Translations under genes and position numbers: made by a program
Notes under the pieces: model-generated
What the model saw: only the letters and a program-made list of their open reading frames with translations
The model's database searches: none
Told to the model about the DNA's origin: nothing
Assembly: GCA_002269645.1 (NCBI GenBank)
Contig: NIVC01000299.1
Location: 186,001 to 250,000 of the forward strand
DNA length: 64,000 nucleotides
Reading direction: 5' to 3'
From: Macrostomum lignano
Taxonomy: Eukaryota
Shown here: positions 63,063-64,000 of the stretch, in pieces
Layout: each line of letters starts with the position of its first letter
How positions within the stretch are numbered: the stretch's first letter is position 1

Positions 63063-63691
63063 CCATAGTCAGGAAGGTGGCAGAGTGTGCGCCGGAACAA
63101 ATTTTGGCCTCTCCCAAAATTGTGCGCCGTGCGCCGACACAAAAACCCTCGTGTGCGCCGTTGTGCGCCCGCCACTACCTGCCTTGCGACAATAAAAGAC
63201 CTTTTTTTACAACATAGCAACAATTTTTGTGCGCCAATATACGGGACGGTTACGGGCTATCTATATTATATTATGAGAAATTGAGATCGTTAAACCGAAA
63301 ATAGAAATTTAAAAAATTTTTAATTAAATTTCTAATTTTTAAAACAAAACAAACATAAAAAGTAAGCAAATGGCAAAAACAAAGGTAAAAAGGAAAAGGA
63401 AAATATTTTATTTTATTTTTTTTTTGGTAGAATGCAGTGTTACATTAGATAGAACAGTGAATAGTGTACTGTAACAAGTAACGACTTACATCGTTACATG
63501 GGATCGCCACAAGGGTAACGCTGCATGCGCCGGTGTCCTCTGGTGTGCGCCGTTGTGCGCCGCTGTGCGCCAGTGCGCCGCTGTGCGCTGTTGTGGCGCG
63601 CCGCTGTGCGCCGTTGTGCGCCGTTGTGTGCCCAAAAAGGGCTTGTGTGCGCCGGAATTTTCCGACCAAACTGCCACCTTCCTGACTGTGG
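63063..63691. mobile_element. 629-bp MITE (hAT/P-type 8-bp TSD)
   Basis: TIR CCA(T/C)AGTCAGGAAGGTGGCAG, TSD AGTTGGAG (63055-63062, 63692-63699) and many GTGCGCC motifs. Confidence 0.88.
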
Positions 63692-64000
63692 AGTTGGAGG
63701 TAGGATAGGAAGACCAACCCATGCACTTGTATAATACCTGTGCTCACTTGTTTGATAGAATATAAACAAATTTAGTTCTCAGATTGTTGTTCATTTCTAA
63801 GAGAATTGTGAAGAAGGTTGAAAGTTGCAATTAGGATTCATGCAAAGAGTAGTACTAACAGTAATCGCTGTGACCCTCTAATCTCGGTAATGCCCAGACT
63901 GGAGAGAGAAAATACATATATTAGTAAGACTGCTTAGGCCATAAACTAAGACTATTTAACCCATTTACTAAGAATGCTACCAGACCATATACTAAGAATG

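Overview
Eukaryotic, repeat-rich genomic DNA. GC-rich exons, minisatellite-filled introns and dense nested transposons resemble the flatworm Macrostomum (inference from style, not verified). Host genes: a 3-exon SETD2/Set2-type H3K36 methyltransferase, a 2-exon BTB protein with a Cys-rich tail, a secreted protein of four tandem Cys-rich exon modules, centrin-3, a disabled PAN plus F-type-lectin gene split by a nested Gypsy insertion, and a spliced 65-69 aa knottin-like (C-C-CC-C-C) secreted peptide gene absent from the ORF track. The remainder is mobile DNA: a 2.8-kb TTAA-flanked foldback element with 151-bp repeats, a P-type transposase hit by two LINEs at one CAG tract, Tc1 and hAT derivatives, Gypsy and LTR remnants including a gag-only mini-element, and several satellites. 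The most notable observations are the knottin gene, the Cys-module gene, the degenerate SRI domain of SETD2, clustered tRNA-Leu PBS motifs, and one-sided C-to-T decay (CpG and CpA) between two sister hAT copies. All alignments, counts and splice models were made by eye.
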